NCBI GenBank assembly: GCA_051294375.1
Contig: CM119265.1
Span: 13,074,124-13,138,123 of the forward strand
Source of the DNA: Paraspadella gotoi
Lineage: Eukaryota; Animalia; Chaetognatha
Reading direction: 5' to 3'
Length of the DNA stretch: 64,000 bases
Below the pieces are notes generated by a model. It had not been told where the DNA came from. It was given only the letters and a program-made list of their open reading frames with translations, and did not search any database. Of this stretch, positions 28,671 through 41,062 are shown piece after piece (position 1 is the stretch's first letter; every line of letters begins with the position of its first letter). A program made the translations under genes and the position numbers.

Positions 28671-29425
28671 GGCTTCCGTTCTTTTTGGGATTCGAAGAAA
28701 CGCAAAGAATCCAAAGAAAATTCTTGAGGTTTTGTTTTGACTTTTGATTGCCGAGTGATTGCGATGTTAAAAAAAAAATCACTTCGTCGTCGCTTTTGTC
28801 GTCGTCGTCGTCTTCGTCTTGTTTTTTTTTCTTGCAGAATTAGAAATGTTATGCAGAATAAAAGCGAAGCGATTTGGCGGGATTTTGAAGTTCTCGACCT
28901 CTTCTTTAATTTCGTTTCAGGTAGCGTTGGCACTTTTTTTTTTTTTTGAATGTGACTTGAACAGTTTGGCGCTTGGTGATATCGTTATAAGGGTTAAGAT
29001 GCGTTATTCACTGGCGTTGATTGTCATTTCGATTTCTGTTTTCGGAGCTGATTTTTTAAACTTTTAGTTGTTTACAAGATTCATTTAAAAAAAATTATCA
29101 CTGTTTAATTGACCATTTGTCACGTGAAAATTTCTCAGGAGGGGGAGGGGGGATTCACAGTATGTTTTAGTGTTCTGAAAAAAAGAAGATAATTAAATTG
29201 GATTAAGTTTGAATTTTAGTAGATATTTCAAATTAACGAAATTTCTTTTGAATAAACAGAAAGTAATACGAATCATTTAAAGTTTTTTCTTTTTTTTACA
29301 ATTTAAGCAAAAGTCTTAAAAATAATATTTAATAAAGGAAAGAGATGTCTAACAACGTTATAAACAAATCGCAACTGTACATAATTCACTCTCTAACCAG
29401 GTTTTTGTAAATGAAAGAAAGACAG

Positions 29426-29427
<2 letters not shown>

Positions 29428-29502
<75 letters not shown>

Positions 29503-29515
29503 AGAGAGAGAGAGA
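29428..29515 (+). repeat. (GA)n microsatellite upstream of Slo1
   Basis: Directly visible. Confidence 0.95.
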
Positions 29516-31236
29516 ATAAGAAGAAGAAGAAGAACGCGCGAGAGAGAGACAGACAGAGGAAGAGGAATGGAGAAAATAAAAGAAGAGCAAAAAGTTCTCG
29601 GCTACAAAATAAAGACATTAATTGATAAGATTCATTGGCGTGAAAAAAGACGTTTCTTTCTTTCTTTCTTTCTTTCCTTGGTTTCATTTTCCCCATTTTT
29701 TCTTTGATTTCAAAACCGCGCGCCCTTTGTTTTCAAAACAAAAAGCTTAATTATGATACATGTACGGCAAAAATCGTTTACTCAAGGCTTGGCGCCGCAC
29801 GTGTCTCGTCACGCTTACAATGGCGTCGGTGACTCATGGGGCGCGCCGGAAGCTCGTGGGAGGGCGTCGTTCGTGGGCGGGAACCCGTGAAACGCGCGAG
29901 CTTAACGCGAATGCGCGGGCACGTTTTTCCCCACGCCATGGCGGGCATCCCGAGATGAGGCGCGTGCTCGCGCTCCCATGATTTTTAAAAAGATGGGCAA
30001 AAGAAGTCGGTAAAGAAAAGAAATCGTAACTATAGCAACCCGGATGTAATTTGAGAGGAAGAGGAATCGAAAAGGGAGAAAAGAAGGGGACAAAATGGCA
30101 AAAACGCGAGAAGATAAATTGAATTAATTTCGGTCAAAACAAGATTTGGAAAAACAAGAGCGAGATTGGGGCAAGAGATGTCATCTTGAAAAACCAAGCA
30201 GGAGAGAAATCGGGGTAACATGGGAAGAAAGGATGGGAAAGGAAAAAAGAAGAAAAATGAGAAAGAAAGAAAGAAAGAAAGAAAGAAAAAAGAAAGAAAG
30301 CCGGGGCAAAGAGAAAAACATTGATGAAAAACCTGAAAGCGATCCATTTTCAAAAAAAAAAAAAAAAAAAATGAGATACGCGGGAAAAAAAATATAAACA
30401 GAGAAATCTCGGAATTCTTTCTCCATCATTCTCAACACCCTCACGGCGGCACTCTTTACAGTCTCATCAACACTTCAACACTCCTGTTAATAGTTATATC
30501 GGCCAGACATAAAGAATATAAATTATAATCGCGATCCCGTTCTTGCAATTATAAAAAAGTCAAATAGAAATTGGGTTTTTCAAGCGTAAAAATCTTAACT
30601 TGGAAAGTTGCGAGTCGCTCAGGCTGGCAGACGAGAGATTACTGACTTCACCGCAGGTAATTAGCTAATTACGCAACTGCCCGACTGATAATTACTGACG
30701 TCGAGTGATTGTCAAAAAGCCCGTCGGGCAATTTCTGGCTTTCAGACGACCGACAAACGATAACAGTCTGGGCCCGACCGGCTGACGTCGTCTTTTCATC
30801 AAATCTTCGCGAATTCGTTAGTCTGACTCAGAGATATATTTTTGTTGTAAACAGTAAACAGTAAAAAGTAATTTAAATAGGGATAGAAATTGGACAGAGT
30901 TTTCTCCTTTCTATCCATGGTCAGACATAAGGAATATTTAAAGAGATCGATCTGAGTAGAAACGACAGCCAGTGATTATCTTTTCTCGAGGCTTTGGATT
31001 GCAGGTCAAAACTGAAGTCTAATTCATCCGAGAATTTTTCCATCTGGGAAATCAGAGAAAATTTTTTCTGTAGAATAAAAACAGTGGAGGAGGAGGAGGA
31101 AGAGGAGGAGAGGGAGAAGAGGCAGAGAAATAAAGCGCATAATGATTGAAAATCTCCAGAGAAGAATTTCATGAGCCGACGCCGGGAACTTTGTTTGATG
31201 AACTGGCCGAGAGCGAGCTAGAGATCAGGAGGGAGT

Positions 31237-31237
<1 letters not shown>

Positions 31238-31322
<85 letters not shown>
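31238..31322 (+). repeat. (GA)n microsatellite
   Basis: Directly visible. Confidence 0.95.
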
Positions 31323-31325
<3 letters not shown>

Positions 31326-31784
31326 GGGTGAGTAAAGAACGCGAGGATGCAAGAAACAAAGAGAATCTAGAGCAAAAGAGCAATAATAAAAAGAGATTAA
31401 GACAAAGACGACAAGAAAATGGAGGCAGAGAATATTCTTTATTATGTCGTTTTTTTTCGTCGTTATTCTGTTTTTTTTTTAAGACAAGCACCGGTTTTTT
31501 TTCCAGTTTTTTTTTCAACTCCCGAAAATAAAAATAAATATAATTGGGTTTATTTAAATATACGTATTGCAATGAAAGAACCAAACATGGTTTTACTGAT
31601 TAAAGGAAAAACGAAACGAAAAACGAACTGGATACCTTTTGTTTTAATCAAGACAATAAAAAAAAAAAGGTTTTGAAAAACGCGAAAAAGTTGAAAACAT
31701 AAAAAAAATTCGTTATCGTCTTCGGCGTCTTCCCGGGTTGCGTGTTCTCGCTCTCTCTCTTATTCGGTTGCTTGCTTTCCTGCC

Positions 31785-31814
31785 TTCTTTCTCTGTTTCT
31801 TTTCTTTTCTTTTT

Positions 31815-31898
<84 letters not shown>

Positions 31899-32018
31899 TA
31901 TTTTTTTCTTTCTTTCTTTCTGTCTTTCTTTTCTTTTTTTTCTTTTCTTTTTTTTTCTCTTTTCTTTTTTTTTCTTTTCTTTTCTTCTCTTTTCTTTTTT
32001 CTTTATTTCTTTCTTTCT
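31785..32018 (+). repeat. (TTTC)n and pyrimidine-rich low-complexity tract
   Basis: Directly visible. Confidence 0.9.
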
Positions 32019-35000
32019 TGAAATTTCTTTTAATTAAAGGATAAAAACGTACTTTTCCGTTCTACAAATATTTTGAAAATATCTAAAATCACGTACCTGT
32101 CTGTGTGTGGTACCATATTGATATTAATACTCTATGAAGACTGATTGAAGAGAAAGACAGAAAGACATAAAGATAGGGTGAGGGATAGAGAGTTAATAAG
32201 AGAGTTTAAAAGGTTCGCTCAAACAGCATTCATCGATAATGTTGAATATAAATTCTTTAAATTTAAAAAAATATAAGAAAAAATACTTATATAATAATAA
32301 ATATGAATGCATGGTGGAAAAATTAAAAAATTTGTACATAGTAAAGGTAAAAGAGAGCAAAACAGATTTAAAAAGGTTAGTAAAGTCCAAAAAATTAATT
32401 GCGTATGAATTTCTACGATCTATTTATGTTTTTGCGTGCGTGTTAAAAATCTCAAGACGACGACTTTTAATTGAGCCGCGCATCGAAATAAATCGGTTGA
32501 GTGAATAGACACAAAATAATTGGCCTGGAAAAGATATTTGGATGAGTGAGAAAATCAAGCATTCATGACAATCCGCGGCGTAACTTACCTTTATGAATAT
32601 GAATATTAAGAAAGACACTAATTCTGATTGTCCATGATGTGCATGACGAAGCGTTTTCTTTTTTTTCGCAAGTTTAGCTTTACGATTCGGGGTCGACGCC
32701 TTCGCCGATTTTAATTTAAACCTAGAATTCCTCCACGTCGAAATTCGTTCTCAAAGTCGTTTTGCAAAAGCGCAGAGACGACGTGACTTCTCTTCCGGTT
32801 GCGATGATAGCGCAAGAGCGGAAGGCGCGCGGTAGGAGAGCGCAGCGGGCGCTCGTCGGGCGTTTGTCGGGCGCGCGACGGGATTTTGTCGGGCGCTCGT
32901 CGGGCGCGCGTCATTTTCTTGTCTTTTCTCGCGACAAGCGCGCGCTTCACCCGAATTGACGCGAGTCTCGCGAGCGTTTGGAATAATGTCAAAAAGTGTC
33001 ATTCCAACAAAAAAAAAAAGGACCTGACACTAAATGTTAACAAATTTTTAGCCCCGAAAAGTTTTGGATTTTAGTTCCTACCCATAGTATAATCAAAATT
33101 GTTAGTTAATCATTAGTTAATCGTTTAACACATATTTCCATGCTATAGGTAGTTTTGTGACATTTAATCAAAGTTTGGCAAAGATTTAATTCTAAGCCTT
33201 CGCGTTCATACGGAGAAGAGAGAGGCGAGGAGAGAGATCAACCGAAGCGATTTCCTTCTGATCATCATTCTTTTGTCTCGTCTCAGTGTTTCCGATGCGC
33301 ACTTCTTCATGGTTCAATAGGGACCAGCATAAATCATGGCAGTTTATCTACACTCTAAACCATTTTTATTTCTGTCTTCTTTATTTGTACACCTCAAAAT
33401 AAAAAAAAATTATCCATTCAGTTAATAAATCAGCTACCTTTCCCTTGACTATGTACATTGTACACTGTAACAATGTACAATGTACAGGCCTGGTGGTTTA
33501 GGGCCTCCATCACTCTTACAAGATAATAAGTTTTCAATCAAGACTCTCTAACAGTCTCGTTTTTTCGAAAAAATGTTTCAATTATTTTACAATCACAATT
33601 TCATTTCATTTCATTTCATTCTGCCCTTTGGACGACGATCGATCGACGAGGTTCGTTCTCAGGCTAATCAAATTATACGATAACCAAATCTTAAACTATG
33701 ACGGGCGTTTTCCGCGCAAAAGGGAAACGCGTGAGTTTCGAAAAATGACCCATTTACCCAAATGGAAGCGGCTTTTGGCAAATGGGTGCCATTCACTATC
33801 ATGGAAGACGACAGCGCCGAGGGCTCAGACGTCAAGGCTCGCCACTTTAGTCTTTACTTATAAAAAAACGTCGCCAGATGGATTGGCGTTTCTCGCCGAA
33901 ACGCCGTCAATCGTCAAAGGGCGCCGGTGACGACTCGCATCGCTGCGTCAGCGACTTGAGTGACGTCTGGTGCCGCGGGGATCTCAAATCACCGTCGGGA
34001 GAAGACAGACCGACCGCGCAGGAGACAGAAAATAGGTGCTGACGGGCGAAGACTGTGAAAGGGCTGGCAATACAAAGGATAATCTCATGAAGGATGATAT
34101 TTTTTGTTCTCCCTTAATTGAGTTTGATATCTTCTTGAGGGAATTTGCGAAGACAAAAGAAATCTCGTTAGCAAAACGGGATTTAATCATTTTTTTAAAT
34201 TTTCAGTATTTTGCGCTAATCCGTTATCAGAACGAATAAAATTTTCAGGTAAAAATTTCAACATGAAGTTGAAAATCTGTTCCTTTGCAAAAGACTTGCG
34301 AAAATATATTTTCCGAATTGAAAAGAACATTTCTCCTCCGAAGCATAAAACGTCTCATAAACCCAAAGAAAATAAAGTTGAATAGTTACGACATTTCCCG
34401 TAAAAGTGAAATTATTTCTATCTCGGATAATTTTAAAAAATTTAAAAGGGTAAAAACTAAAGGAAATTCGAGTTAGAGAAACTCATAAAAAACGGTGGAT
34501 GAAAGCGGAAAAAGAAGGCGTTGAAATATGAAAGAGAAACAAGATTAAATGCGACGGAAAAGTGGAAAAGAATTAAAAAAAAATTTAAAAATAAAAAACT
34601 TGTTTTTCTTTTTTTTTCTTCAAAAATAATATGCTGTGGCGGAGACGACAATGCGTAAAAATTCCCTCTTTCCGGAAATTGCTTTACTAAAAGTACAAAT
34701 AAAATTTTCGAAACCAGATATTTTTTGTTGAACATCAAAAAAAAACGGGAGAATGGCTCTTAGAAAGAAAAATTGGAGGCCAATAATTTGATAAAGCGCT
34801 CAAAAAGGAAAGGCGGAAGTAGGAAAGGAAAGAGAAAGGAGAAATGAAAAAAAAGGGAATAAAAAGAGAGTAAAAAAAAAGGTCGGCCGCGATTGCCGCG
34901 CCGAAACCATTAAGGAGCCACAGATTTGGGAGGTTCGGCTTCCTGGCTCATCAGCCTCGATTGGAAGCAACGAGGTTAACGCCCCCCTCCACACCCCCCT

Positions 35001-35059
35001 CGTCCCCTGCACCGCTAGGGGAAACGATCGTCGTCGTCGTCGACGCAAAGGACGGCGAA

Positions 35060-35172
35060 ACAGAAATAGAGATGACAACGACGATAGAGACTAAGGACGA
35101 TGACCGAAGACGACAGAAATAGAGATGACAACGACGACCGAGACTAAGGACGATGACCGAAGACGACAGAAA
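35060..35172 (+). repeat. 53-bp tandem duplication inside the left palindrome arm
   Basis: acagaaatagagatgacaacgacga(ta/cc)gagactaaggacgatgaccgaagacg occurs at 35060 and 35113. Confidence 0.9.
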
Positions 35173-35696
35173 ATAAGAAAGAAAAGCATCTTGTTTTAAC
35201 GTGGGCGTCGAGTGAGGCGAAATCTGACGAAGAGCGAAAGGAGAAATCGAGATGAAATTGAGGAAAACATCTCCAAATGTAATAGAGTGGAATAGAGTGG
35301 AATAGAAGGACCCGCTAGGAAATGAATCTAATAACATGCGGTGACACATTGAGTTATTTTCGACGAAACTCAGATTGCATTTATCCTAAGCAGAATCGCT
35401 AATGCGTTTTATGTACATTGGCGCATATTCACACCCCCGCAGGTCTTTCCTTAACTGATTCCTCCACAGGCCAATCTCACCTCTTCATATCAATTCTGCA
35501 CAATCTCCTTCGAGAACCCAAGTCACCCGCCCCTCGGTAACCTCTTTCCCCCCGGGCCGGGAGACAAACTTTCAAGCGAAAGAAACGAAGAAGAAAAAAA
35601 GGAAGACGGAAATTGAGAATCGTGAAGATGGAACCGCGTGGGCCTGGTTGGGCGTGGAGAGAGAGTAAGCGCGAAACGAAAATACAGTACTGTGTG

Positions 35697-35718
35697 GAGA
35701 GAGAAGAATGAGAAGAGC

Positions 35719-35777
<59 letters not shown>

Positions 35778-35785
35778 AGAGAGAG

Positions 35786-35824
<39 letters not shown>
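35697..35824 (+). repeat. (GA)n tract forming the palindrome spacer
   Basis: Directly visible. Confidence 0.95.
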
Positions 35825-38639
35825 TTATGTATTTTAGCTCTCGCGCTTACTCTCTCTCCACGCCCAACCAGGCCCACGCGGTTCCATCTTCACGATTCTC
35901 CAATTTCCGTCTTCCTTTTTTCTTCTTCGTTTCTTTTCGCTTGAAAGTTTGTTCTCCCGGCCCGGGGGAAGATGGTACCGAGGGGCGGGTGACTTGGGTT
36001 CTCGAAGGAGATTGTGCAGAATTGATATGAGAGAGGTGAGATTGGCCTGTGGAGAATCAGTTAAGGAAAGACCTGCGGGGGTGTGAATATGCGCAATGTA
36101 CATAAAACGCATTAGCGATTCTGCTTAGGATAAATGCAATCTGAGTTTCGTCGAAATAACTCAATGTGTCACCGCATGTTATTAGATTCATTTCTAGCGG
36201 GTCCTTCTATTCCACTCTATTCCTACTCTATTACATTTGGAGATGTTTCCTCGAATTTCATCTCGATTTCTCCTTTCGCTCTTCGTCAGATCTTCGCCTC
36301 ACTCGACGCCCCACGTTAAAACAAGATTGTCTGTTTCTTTCTTATTGCTTTTCTCGTCAGTCGGTGTCGTGTCATCTCATTCGTCTCTTAGTCTCCGTCG
36401 TCGTTCGTCATCTCTAGTCTTTTCTGTTCCGCCGTCCTTTGCGTCGACGACGAACGACGATCGTTTTCCCCTGCGCGGCAGGCGGACGAGGGGGGTGGGA
36501 GGGGGGCGTTAACCTCGTTTGCTTCCAATCGAGGCTGATGAGCCAGGAAGCCGAACCTCCCAAATCTGTGGCTCCTTAATGGTTTCGCCCGGCAATCTGC
36601 GGCCGAACCTTTTTTTTTACTCTCTTTTTATTCCCTTTTTTTTCATTTCTCCTTTCTCTTTCCTTTCCTACTCCGCCTTTCCTTTTTGAGCGCTTTATCA
36701 AATTATTGGCCTCCAATTTTTCTTTCTAAGAGCCATTCTCCCGTTTTTTTTTGATGTTCCAACAAAAAATATCTGGTTTCGAAAATTTTATTTGTACTTT
36801 TAGTAAAGCAATTTCCGGAAAAGGGACTTTTACGCATTGTCGTCTCCGCCACAGCATATTAATTTTTGAAGAAAAAAAAAAAGAAAAACAAGTTTTTCTA
36901 TTTTTTTTATTCTTTTCCACTTTCCGTCGCATTTAATCTTGTTTCTCTTTCATATTTCAACGCCTTCTTTTTCCCTTTCATCCACGTTTTTTTATGAGTT
37001 CTCTAACTCGAATTTCCTTTAGTTTTTACCCTTTTAAATTTTAAAATTATCCGAGATAGAAATAATTTCACTTTTACGGGAAATGTCGTAACTATTCAAC
37101 TTTATTTTCTTTGGGTTTATGAAGACGTTTTATGCTTCGAGAGAAATGTTCTTTTCAATTCGGAAAATATATTTCCGCAAGTCTTTGAAAGGAACAGATT
37201 TTCAACTTCATGCTTGAAATTTTTACTGAAAATTTTATTCGTTCTGATAACGATTAGCGCAAAATACTGAAATATTTAAAAAATGATTAAATCCCGTTTG
37301 CTAACGAATTTCTTTTTGTCTCGCAAATTCCCTCAAGAAGATATCAAACTCAATTTAAGGAGAACAAAAAAATATCATCCTTCATGAGATTATCCTTTGT
37401 ATGCCAGCCCTTTTCACAGTCTTTGCCCGTCAGCACCTATTTTCTGTCTCCTGCGCGGTCGTCTGTCTCTCCCGACGGTGATTTGAGATCCCCGCGACCC
37501 AACGTCACTCAAGTCGCTGACGCAGCGATGCGAGTCGTCACCGGCGCCCTTGACGATTGACGGCGTTTCGGCGGAAACGCCAATCCATCTGCGCGACGTT
37601 TTTTTATAATAAAGACTAAAGTCGGCGAGCTCTTGACGCTGATTCCTCTCTGGCCTGCCATCATAGTACTTCATTGTAATAATGATATGGCACCCATTTG
37701 CCAAAAGGCCGCTTCATTTGGGATAACTGGGTCATTTTTCGAAAACTTCACGGTTTCCCTTTTGCGCGGAAAACCGCCCGTCATAGTATTTAAGATTTGG
37801 TTATCGTATAGATTTGATTAGCCTGAGGAACGAACTCGTCGATCGATCGTCGTCCAAAGGGCAGAATGAAATGAAAGTGAAAATGAAATTGTGATTGTAA
37901 AATAATTAAACATTTTTCGAAAAAACGAGACTGTTAGAGAGTCTTGATTTGAAACACTTCGAATTTATTCCTTGTAAGAGTGATGGATGGCCCTAAAAAC
38001 CACCCTTATTACAGCAATGTACATAGTCAAGGGAAAGATAGCTGATTTATTAACTGAATGGTATAATTTTTATTTATTTTGGGGTACCATAGACTAGGAA
38101 ATAAAATGACCTTAGATCGCTTATGTCAGTGAACGTGCGCATTGGATTCTGATGGCTTTCGGGTCCCTATTGAACCATGAAGAAGTGCGCATCGGAAACA
38201 CTGAGACGAGACAAAAGAATGATTGATCAGAAAGGAAATCGCTTCGGTTGATCTCTTCTCCTGTCCCTCTTCCTCTTTCTTCCGTATGAACGCGGAAGGC
38301 TTTAGAATTAAATCTTTGCCAAAGAACTGACTTAAAATGTCACAAAACTACTATAGCATGGGAAATATGTTAAACGATTAACTAATGATTAACTAACCAA
38401 TTTTGATTATACTATGGGTAGGACTAAATAATCAAAACTTTCGGGGCTAAAAATTTGTTAACATTAGTGTCAGGTCCTTTTTTTTTTTGTTGGAATGACA
38501 CCGTTTTTTGAAATATTCCAAACGTCTCGCGAGACTCCGCCGTCAATTCGGGTGAAGCGCGCGCTTTTGTCCGAGAAAAGACAAGAAAATGACGCGCGCC
38601 CGACGAGCGCCCGACAAAATCCCGTCGCGCGCCCGACTC

Positions 38640-38664
38640 NNNNNNNNNNNNNNNNNNNNNNNNN
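38640..38664. other. Assembly gap (25 N); other gaps at 26408-26417, 56703-56712 and 57164-57188
   Basis: Runs of n in the sequence. Confidence 1.
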
Positions 38665-40494
38665 TTTCCCCCCAACTTTTCTTAAATTCTTTATTTCCCT
38701 TCTTTTCCCTCCGCATGTTCTCTATCTCTATCTTGCCTTCTTTAATCCCTTAGGCAAACTTTGTCGCGATTGTCGCGAGTTTAGCAAACATTTAATCCCA
38801 CGAAAGAATAAAGAAGAAGAAAGAGAACGAAGAATGACTTTGAAAACGAGTTTGACATTTTCGGGATAAAGTTTTAACTTTTTTTCATTCGGATTAAAGT
38901 TTTCGTAAGTTTTGGGCAAACAAAAGCAAAATGGCGGAACATTGTACTCGTAGAGGAAGTTTCTAATTTTTAGTATAAAGACATTATACCTAATAAATAA
39001 TAAATAAAAAAGATAATTTGAGTCTTACGTAGAAGCAAAGACAAACACCAAAAAAAACCTCAAATATCAAAATTATCCTTGATCCAACGTCACCGCATCT
39101 GCACTTGTTTACTTCGCAACTAACTCCGCTGAGCTGGAACTCACCAAAGGGTTATCACAAGGGGATTTGACTTATCGATTTTTCCGCTTCTTATTTTTTA
39201 TTCGGAGACTATTTTTTTCTTAGTATCAAAGAAATACCAAATTAACAAATAAACCTCCTAATTCGAATGATTACATTATATTGCATAACATAATGTTACA
39301 AAGGTTTGACAAAGTATAGAGGAAATGGGAGCATAGACTGGGTAGGTTGGTAAGTCACTTTTGTATGAATGAAGGTGAGATGATTACATTCATTGAGTGA
39401 ATGTCATTCATCTTAAGGGGTCCCGAAAGTTTAATACAGCATTATCCAATTGTAAACACTAAACAGTATAGAGAAAATGTGTCGGTTACGATTTGAATGA
39501 AGAAAAACATTTCTTATCAAATAGAGCGGACGGTTCTATGGATGAGGTAGAGTTAAAAAGTCAATGCAAATAAAGACTTTCATGTTGCTTGGAAATCTTT
39601 AAAATACTCGAATCAAATAAAATAAATCAATGCGTAACGTTAAAAGTTAGATGTACCGAGACCAACGACAAACAATTTAGTAAATTGAGTTTGCAACGTT
39701 GAGCCATGCGAGACATTAGACGCGGAACGTTAGTGTTCATCACGTGACGGTTTTCTTTTTAAGTTGGGGACCCGAGTAGAAAAAAGGCGTCGTGAAAACA
39801 TCAAAAGAAAAGTCAAGAAAAAAGAAAAGAGAAAAGGAAAGAAAAAGGGAAAGTGGAAAACTTGGAAGACGACGAGCCAGCGGTTTTGATTTAATGGACG
39901 CGCTCGTTTACACTTTCACGGTGACTCAGAGGGTGCAGCTTAATCAGTGGAAAAGTGGGGGATTCTACCGGAATGGAAACTGGGGTGAGGCGGACAGAGC
40001 GAGGTAAGGTCAACGGGGAGGAGAACCTTAAAAAGAGATAATTTAGAATAACTTGATGATGAGTAATGGATAATCTTAGGTTAATTCTTAAAGGTCTGAA
40101 GGAGGAAGCGTGGCTTTACGAGGAAAATACGGGAACATGGCCGCAGTCCTCGGGAATTTTTAACGATTTTTAATTAAATAATGTTGAGAAAATCAGTATC
40201 TGTATAGGCAAAGGATCAAAGTAATATTTACTTCATCAGAGTAGCTCTTTGTACCAAACAGAATTAGAGTTAGACGTAAAAAAGCATCGGTTTATTGTCC
40301 CACCAGAGTTTGATTTTTTTTTTTGTTAGTTTTTTTATCATAATTTGTATGGATGTGGCGCGTATTTTAAAATAGATATATCGATTTTCGTTTGGATTAA
40401 GGCGACCAAGAACCCCGAAAGTGTCTCCAAGGCAAGAGAGAGAAGAAAATCCGAGATGTTTAGCGGATAAGAACATCCGGGGAAGAGAGCGCTC

Positions 40495-40556
40495 AGAGGA
40501 GAGATAATGAGAGAGAGACAGAGAGTGAGAGAAGAGGGAGAAGAGAGAAGGAGAGG

Positions 40557-40632
<76 letters not shown>

Positions 40633-40973
40633 AAAGAAAGAAAGAGAGAAAGAGAGAAAAGAAAGAAAGAAAGAAAGAAAGAAAGAAGAAAAGAGAAGAG
40701 GAGAGGAGAGAGAGAGAGAGAGAGATGAAAGAAAGAAAGAAGAAAGAAGAAAGAGAAAGAGAGAGAGAGTGAGAGAGGGAGAGTTTGAAAACGAGGAATA
40801 ATGACTCATGGCTGGGATTCGATTGGAAATCCATTGGTGGGCGACCGGGCGACGTGGTTAGAAGGTTAAACCGCGAGTGGAAGAGGAGAGGGAGTGGAAA
40901 AAAGGAAAATTCAAGTGTTTTCCATGCTTATAGGTGGATAGAGCGACAGATATTGATATATAGAAAGAAAGAG

Positions 40974-41040
<67 letters not shown>

Positions 41041-41062
41041 GAGAGAGACAAAGAGAGAGAGA
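40495..41062 (+). repeat. Compound (GA)n/(GAAA)n purine tracts (40495-40782 and 40962-41062)
   Basis: Directly visible. Confidence 0.9.

Larger units (their letters stand above)
32866..38637. repeat. Large inverted repeat: arms about 32866-35686 and 35828-38637 (about 2.8 kb each) around a ~140-bp (GA)n-containing spacer
   Basis: The arms are reverse complements throughout. Examples: gaaccgcgtgggcctggttgggcgtggagagagagtaagcgcg (35631-35673) vs cgcgcttactctctctccacgcccaaccaggcccacgcggttc (35842-35884), and gtcgggcgcgcgacggg (32866) vs cccgtcgcgcgcccgac (38621-38637). The right arm ends at an N gap (38640-38664). Confidence 0.95.

Noticed and set aside
35060-35172. CRISPR-like array
   Set aside because: Two adjacent copies without unique spacers, no cas genes, and a eukaryotic context.
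29828-40810. Individual AP-1/CRE-like sites (tgactca, tgacgtc) upstream of Slo1
   Set aside because: Seven-mers are expected by chance at about this frequency, and no functional evidence is available from sequence alone.
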